Below, piece after piece: positions 58,526 to 64,000 of a stretch of 64,000 nt of DNA. Where the stretch lies: the NCBI GenBank assembly GCA_032718475.1, contig JAUCBJ010008458.1, positions 1 through 64,000 of the forward strand, read 5' to 3'. Below the pieces are notes generated by a model. It was not told the origin of the DNA. It ran no database searches and saw nothing but the letters and a program-made list of their open reading frames with translations. The position numbers were made by a program, and so were the translations under genes. This DNA is from Nemertoderma westbladi (lineage: Eukaryota; Animalia; Xenacoelomorpha). Position 1 is the first letter of the stretch. Each line of letters opens with the position of its first letter.

Positions 58526-61265
58526 GGGGTTTACCGGGTTTGGGAACGTAATGATGTGTTAAGTAATACGTTCTCTCAGTTACTGGTGTTCCTTCCGGTA
58601 CTCGCTCCGCATATCCCTTTGTAATAAATTTCTTCAACTGAGTTTGGTACATTTCTTTAGCTGAAGCATTAGCCGTAAGGCGTCGATGTAATTGAGTGAT
58701 TCTTTTCTCTGCCAAGGGTCTGTTATTTATAAATCTAGGTTCTCGTTTTCGAAATGGTAGGCCGATTTCATATCTACCTTGATCTTTTAAAAAACGTGTA
58801 GTTGTTTCCTGGATTTGCTTGGCTCTTTCTTCTTCTATCGATAGGGCCTTATCGTATGAATTGGGCTCTACCAATTCTTGAGTAAAGAATCGTACGGCGA
58901 GTTCGTCCCGAGTTCTAGCATTGTAGCGCTCTATCTCATCATTTAGTTCGTCATTGTAATCAATGGGTCCCGATGGGCGAATCAGTTGACATAGGTTCAC
59001 CTGGTTTTTCCAAGTTTTGTTTTCTGTAAGTAGGTCGATTGTGTTCTCTTCATCGAAGAGTTGGTAGATGTCGTCATTATCTGAGGAGTATGGTGTTCCC
59101 TCAGTTAGTTCGTCCACCTCACTGCTCTCCACTTCCCAATCATTTACTTGGTATATTCTTTCTTGTGGTAATCTCTCTTTGAGAGTTCTGCGGGAAGGGC
59201 CAGTAAAGTACCAACCTACTCTAGTTCTTACCGCATAGGTTTGTAGTGGCTGCGGTTGAGCAGGCCGTTTCTCCAATGTCTCGAGCGCCTCATGCGCGTT
59301 TTGGCCGATGAGTATTTGCACTCCAGGATAATCTGTCTGGAATCGAGGTATCTTAAGCTGTTGGATGCTCTCGTCCTCGTCCCAGTTATAAGGTTCTACT
59401 TGGGTAGTAGCGAAGTTCTTTATAGCCACCATTTTTACTGACCTTATACTTTGTGCTCCTAATTTATCCTGGGGGGTGGACAACGCACCTACATAGTAAT
59501 CTGCCGTTATGGTAGATTTCCAAACCTGCATAATTCCGGACATATTCAACTTAGTTTGGAATTTGGGTTGTCCAGCAAAGATATCTTCGGCTAGTTCTTG
59601 ATCGATGAATGTTCCTGTGCTGCCAGAGTCAAGGAGGGCGTTCACTATGTAACTTTTGTTAGGACCGTGAACTCTTACCTGCACTACAGGAAATTCTCTG
59701 ATTCCTACGTTGGAAGTTGGATCTTTCCAAGATGGTTGTTTGTCAAAGGTAGTTGGGGGGAACTCATTGTCGGTGTCCTTTTCGTAAGTAAGTGCTCGAT
59801 ATACTGCGGTATTTATTATGTAACAGGATTCGTTGGCGTCGGAGAATTCGTCAGTATAGAATCCTTCCATCTCAGACTCTTGATCAGTGTCATTTACATC
59901 ACTGAATTGGACATGTAGTTCGGGCTCACTTACCTGACTCGGGTTGTTTCGTTCGAATTCACTGTGTAACAAGATGTGATGTTTCGCACCGCACTTTGCA
60001 CACTTTACGTCGGAGTAACAGGTTCGCCGTTGGTGTCCTGGTCTGAGGCAATTATAGCATAACCGCTTATCCCACATGACTTCACGTCTGTCTACCAGGG
60101 ATTTCTTTAGGAATTCAGCACATGCACTCAAACGGTGGGGCCCGTCGCACAGCACACAGTTTGGTTTGATGTTACTCACTTTACCTTGGGTAACGTGATG
60201 CACTCTCGTTCTTTCTTCGGGCTTTCTTCCGTGCATTCTGTTAGGAGACTGAGGAGGAGTCTTGGCAACCTGTTCTCTCCTATCGTTGGTTCGAGCCTTG
60301 TATTTACTTACGTCTTTTGAGGTTTTGTTAACGTAGTAAAATTTGTCAGTGTCTTTTCCGCTGTCCTCTTCTTGAGAAGCTTGGCTTTCGCCGTCGTCAG
60401 TGTAACACACTGGTGTTACTCTTCTCCTAGAGACGGGTTTCTCACTTACCTTATTTTCCGATGTTTTCTCTCTGGACTGCTTTATGAGTTGTAGTTTTAC
60501 TTCACCATCTAAGAAGGACATGAGATCAGCCATGGTAGGGCCTCGTCGTTGCTGCTCATTCATATACAACACTTTCTTATCCCAGCGTGTACATACTCCA
60601 CCCTTTGGTAAAGTAGAGACTACAGCTCCAATAACCATGGAACTCTGATATTCATGAGACTTACCTAACCAGTCCAATTGTCTACAGATCTCCTGAATCT
60701 CATCGGAAAACTCTATAATCCCGCTACTAAGGAAGTTTCGGGGGGCTACTAATTTTGCATACAAATACTTTGCTATGTTATCCTTGTTACCATACCTGAT
60801 GTTTAATCTATCCCAAACTTGTCTTAATCCATCTGGATGTCCAATAAACTTTAACGCCATTAACTTGGGAGGTCCTTCCAAGCATTTGATGAGGAATCTA
60901 AGTTTCTCTCCGTTAGATAGTACAGAGTTCTGTATGCCATCTTTGTAATATTCATTGAAAGGTAACCATTTCATCTCATCTCCATTGAATTTGATGATTT
61001 CTCCCACTTTGACCGCTTGGCGGGCTTCTGTTCTAGCCATCTGACGCGTAAAGCTTTCTTGGGCCATCGTATTATTTAATATCGAATTATCGGTATATAA
61101 ATTTCTCGGATTATTATCAGGTCTATAGGGAATATCATTAACAACAGGTTTATAATCACCCTTAATAGGGTTTGCTATAGGAGTTTCTACTTCACTAGCA
61201 GTATAGATGCGTGTAGGCTCCACACCTTGCGCATGTAATACTTCAGACCTAACAGGTTGACACAA
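58323..61265 (-). CDS. BEL gag (triple zinc knuckle), aspartic protease and RT start
   Basis: KFNGD..KLRFLIKCLEG, CVLCDGPH..C, CYNCLRPGH..C, CAKCGAKHH.LLH, LLDSGSTGTF, VRVVFDGSA. Confidence 0.92.
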   Translation of the reverse strand: MCQPVRSEVLHAQGVEPTRIYTASEVETPIANPIKGDYKPVVNDIPYRPDNNPRNLYTDNSILNNTMAQESFTRQMARTEARQAVKVGEIIKFNGDEMKWLPFNEYYKDGIQNSVLSNGEKLRFLIKCLEGPPKLMALKFIGHPDGLRQVWDRLNIRYGNKDNIAKYLYAKLVAPRNFLSSGIIEFSDEIQEICRQLDWLGKSHEYQSSMVIGAVVSTLPKGGVCTRWDKKVLYMNEQQRRGPTMADLMSFLDGEVKLQLIKQSREKTSENKVSEKPVSRRRVTPVCYTDDGESQASQEEDSGKDTDKFYYVNKTSKDVSKYKARTNDRREQVAKTPPQSPNRMHGRKPEERTRVHHVTQGKVSNIKPNCVLCDGPHRLSACAEFLKKSLVDRREVMWDKRLCYNCLRPGHQRRTCYSDVKCAKCGAKHHILLHSEFERNNPSQVSEPELHVQFSDVNDTDQESEMEGFYTDEFSDANESCYIINTAVYRALTYEKDTDNEFPPTTFDKQPSWKDPTSNVGIREFPVVQVRVHGPNKSYIVNALLDSGSTGTFIDQELAEDIFAGQPKFQTKLNMSGIMQVWKSTITADYYVGALSTPQDKLGAQSIRSVKMVAIKNFATTQVEPYNWDEDESIQQLKIPRFQTDYPGVQILIGQNAHEALETLEKRPAQPQPLQTYAVRTRVGWYFTGPSRRTLKERLPQERIYQVNDWEVESSEVDELTEGTPYSSDNDDIYQLFDEENTIDLLTENKTWKNQVNLCQLIRPSGPIDYNDELNDEIERYNARTRDELAVRFFTQELVEPNSYDKALSIEEERAKQIQETTTRFLKDQGRYEIGLPFRKREPRFINNRPLAEKRITQLHRRLTANASAKEMYQTQLKKFITKGYAERVPEGTPVTERTYYLTHHYVPKPGKPHEVRVVFDGSALYISALYISIPQFRVVTRTQLTPIFVGNTFKIKTIFHRVRLRYRRNVLTSQGAGER

Positions 61266-61303
61266 TGTTACAGGAGGTATTGGTATACCCTTTTGTATAT
61301 TGA

Positions 61304-63136
61304 CTATATTGACGCGATACTTTGCTGCACTTCTTGCAATTCTACCCTACTTTCCCTTACTGTTCCCTTGAGTTGGTGGACAGTCCCTTCTAAATCTCGG
61401 ATCTGCTGTGAGGAACATTCTCGGTGCTCTCTCAGCTGCCCGAGCAAGAGACCCATCTCCCGTCGTCCCTCATCAACCCACTCGACCGCCGAAGCGGGAG
61501 TCGCCAACATAGTAGCGGGCCGACGTGGGACGACGGGAGACAAATCTTGGATTTCTCTCTTGGCGTCAAGAACCGGGACATTCTCTGGGACTGCTCCACC
61601 GGGTGCAAACAGTTTCGTACTGTGTAAAGGGAATTTGGTTGTAGGTTCGGGAAGTACAGGGGCCTCTCTCACCGAAGGGGTGTTTTCGATAACAGGCTTA
61701 ACTATTTCAGGCTCATCTACTATTGTAGGGAGTCTTTTGACCTTAATAATTTGGTCTGTGGGTTCTGTACTACCTAAGTCTGTGCTAGCTAGTTGTCTTC
61801 TAACAGCTGGGGGCAAATCAGGCAATTTGTGACGGTGAGATGTTTTTCTACGCCTGCTTAGACGAGATCTATTTCCTCCGCCTTCAGGATCGGTGGTCTC
61901 GCCTTCCTCCGACGATGTGTATCCTTGGCGCTTGGGAGTAGATCGACTCATCATCTGCATTTGACTAGCAGTTAACTGTTTATTTATGCAGTCTTGCGTC
62001 TCTTGAAGATTTTCCAACTCCAGTTGGGTGGTCTCTTCAGACGCTCTCTGTTCTGCTTCTGCCAATGCCATTGCTGCTGCTGCTTTTGCTGATTCCACTG
62101 CCGCTGCCGCCTTTGCAGCTGCTACTGCCTTTCTGTCCTCTATACGTTTTTTCTTTACTTGTTCTTCTTGGACTCTAGCGAGGCGGAGTTTTTCATCAAA
62201 TTTAGCTTGGTTTGCAGCTAACATTTCCGCATCGATTGAGTCCAACACAAGCTTGGCTCCTTCACTATTGGGGCGAAGTCCAGCCAGTCGTCTCCTCAAC
62301 TCTTCATCACCTAAAAAACGTTGATAGTCTGACAGATAGATGTCGATGGCGTCTCTCGTTCGCGGTCTCTCTGCTGTCATTTCGCTTTCCACTTGAGAAA
62401 AGGTGGCATCGGTTGATTCTTCATAGGTAGGTCGCTCAGCCAGCTGGGATTTCCACTGGGTCGTTTCTTGAACTTTGAGACCTACCCGCTGGAACCAAGT
62501 CTTGACAGCAACTTGCAGCGATGTGTCCTGTCTTCTTTTGGAAGTTTCCTCAAAGGCTGATAGGATTAGTCTAATGCGTAGGGTTCTTTCGCGTACTTGA
62601 TAAAGCAGCTCTTCCTGCTCTTGAGGTCCTTGGGGTTGTCGAAACAGTTGTTCTTCTAATCGCTCTAAGGAGCCGAAGAATCCCTGCACATATCCTGCTG
62701 CCGACCTCTTCCAAACAGCTGGATCCATCGTATCTTTAGTCACTCCCATCCTGTGTATGTCTTCCCAGGTAGCTTCAGATAAGTCTAACGGGGATCCGGG
62801 TCCGGGAAAGTTCCATTGTGACTCGACAATAGACATCAATTCTTCCCTGGCGTATCCCGCATAACTATCTTGGGTCGCTCGCTTACTTCTCGCCCAATCG
62901 ACTTGGTGTTCCTCAACCGCAATCAATATCGTTGTTAGTACTGCGGCAGGAAAAGTGAGAAGGGGATCCGAATAGGCTGTATCCGCCATCTTCACTCCGC
63001 GTTCGGGGGTCAGCTCTACAGTATCCGAACTACTGGAGCTATCGGGTCGCTGGGAACGAGTTTCTTGACTGACTAGGATGTTGCTGCTGTTGGACAGCTG
63101 CTTCTTGGTTCCGTTTGACCTGGGCCCGAGTGCCAA
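61304..63136 (-). CDS. Long N-terminal gag extension (coiled coil, low complexity)
   Basis: 610-aa ORF separated from the gag core only by a small duplication scar at 61296-61313. Confidence 0.75.
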   Translation of the reverse strand: MALGPRSNGTKKQLSNSSNILVSQETRSQRPDSSSSSDTVELTPERGVKMADTAYSDPLLTFPAAVLTTILIAVEEHQVDWARSKRATQDSYAGYAREELMSIVESQWNFPGPGSPLDLSEATWEDIHRMGVTKDTMDPAVWKRSAAGYVQGFFGSLERLEEQLFRQPQGPQEQEELLYQVRERTLRIRLILSAFEETSKRRQDTSLQVAVKTWFQRVGLKVQETTQWKSQLAERPTYEESTDATFSQVESEMTAERPRTRDAIDIYLSDYQRFLGDEELRRRLAGLRPNSEGAKLVLDSIDAEMLAANQAKFDEKLRLARVQEEQVKKKRIEDRKAVAAAKAAAAVESAKAAAAMALAEAEQRASEETTQLELENLQETQDCINKQLTASQMQMMSRSTPKRQGYTSSEEGETTDPEGGGNRSRLSRRRKTSHRHKLPDLPPAVRRQLASTDLGSTEPTDQIIKVKRLPTIVDEPEIVKPVIENTPSVREAPVLPEPTTKFPLHSTKLFAPGGAVPENVPVLDAKREIQDLSPVVPRRPATMLATPASAVEWVDEGRREMGLLLGQLREHRECSSQQIRDLEGTVHQLKGTVRESRVELQEVQQSIASI

Positions 63137-63384
63137 TGATAGACCTACGGTGTTGGATTAGCCTAGGGTCTGATACTACTACTGGAGGGATGACCTTTCT
63201 TTCAGTAGGAGGTCAGCTGAACCCTTTTCTTAATCGCTCCACACTCCTATCTGTGTCACAGATGGTTGTATCGATTAGACTGTCTGACAGGTTTTGCTTA
63301 GTGTCAGACATGCTTAGCTATACAGTTGAATGCTTACTGCTATAGTTACAGTTAAAGCAAGTCTAGTAATTCAGTATGACCGTT

Positions 63385-63662
63385 GGCCTAGTACCGGTAA
63401 TTTATTACAGTATATTAGAATACCGGTATACACTTATAGTATATATAAGTATTGTAGACTAGGTTTGTCGCAGAATACCGGTATATAATTTTAGCACAAA
63501 TATAATATATAATAGGCCTATCGTGAATACCGGTATGCAGCTTACACTTATAGTATATATAAGTATAATTATGAACTAGAATTAATTACAGAATACCGGT
63601 ATGATTTCAGCCCAAATTTATAGAAATAAATATAATAAGCCTATGGTAAATACCGGTATGTC
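63385..63662. repeat. Degenerate tandem repeat built on the TACCGGTA palindrome in the BEL 5' leader
   Basis: AATACCGGTAT recurs at about 63419, 63474, 63526, 63592 and 63649, with alternating ACTTATAGTATATATAAGT blocks. Confidence 0.7.
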
Positions 63663-64000
63663 AATTATTTTAGAATAATTAAATTTCTGAAATTTTAGGG
63701 TTACTTGGTTACCTTAACTTACTTTATTACCGTTATTTAAGCAGTAGTCCAACTGATATTGAGACCTAGTTGTTGTATGACAGGCCTACTCGCTTATAAA
63801 CCTTTGAGTTGATTTATAATAGATATATATATATGTATATACCCGTATGATTTTGTTACAATATTGAAATAGATGTTACTATTTCTGGGAAATAATCACT
63901 ACACAGAAGCTGTGCGCTCTCAGTGAAGTGCTACTTATTGGACACTAAAACAGATAATTCTACTTCCTAAGTTACTTATCTACGAATTACTTATGATACT

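Larger units (their letters stand above)
48117..64000 (-). mobile_element. Very large BEL/Pao LTR retrotransposon with an accessory exonuclease ORF (5' LTR outside the window)
   Basis: gag-protease-RT-RNase H-integrase at 63136-55246, a 1.6-kb spacer, accessory ORFs at 53625-49392, a PPT and a candidate LTR at 49314-48117. Confidence 0.8.

Noticed and set aside
61290-61315. Programmed ribosomal frameshift between the gag ORFs
   Set aside because: The break coincides with a 9-bp duplication scar, and BEL elements normally have a single gag-pol ORF.

Overview
AT-rich, repeat-dense animal (probably invertebrate) nuclear DNA. Host-gene content is small: the last two coding exons of an F-type lectin (fucolectin) domain gene (1-184 and 8169-8375, joined across an 8-kb transposon-filled intron) and a probable M1-aminopeptidase-like exon (42210-42452, minus). 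The rest is nested transposons: piggyBac-type and Harbinger-type MITEs, tRNA-derived SINEs, RTE-like and CRE-like LINE fragments, one apparently intact two-ORF LINE (27.3-31.5 kb), a degenerate Gypsy element and two BEL/Pao LTR retrotransposons. The most notable feature is a very large BEL/Pao element (48117 to beyond 64000, minus strand). Between its integrase and its 3' LTR, where an env gene would sit, it carries a ~4.2-kb same-strand accessory reading frame. This frame encodes a coiled coil, a DEDDy-type (WRN/mut-7/EXD-like) 3'-5' exonuclease domain, three CCHC zinc knuckles and a basic tail. All domain and family calls are from reading motifs by eye, not from database searches.
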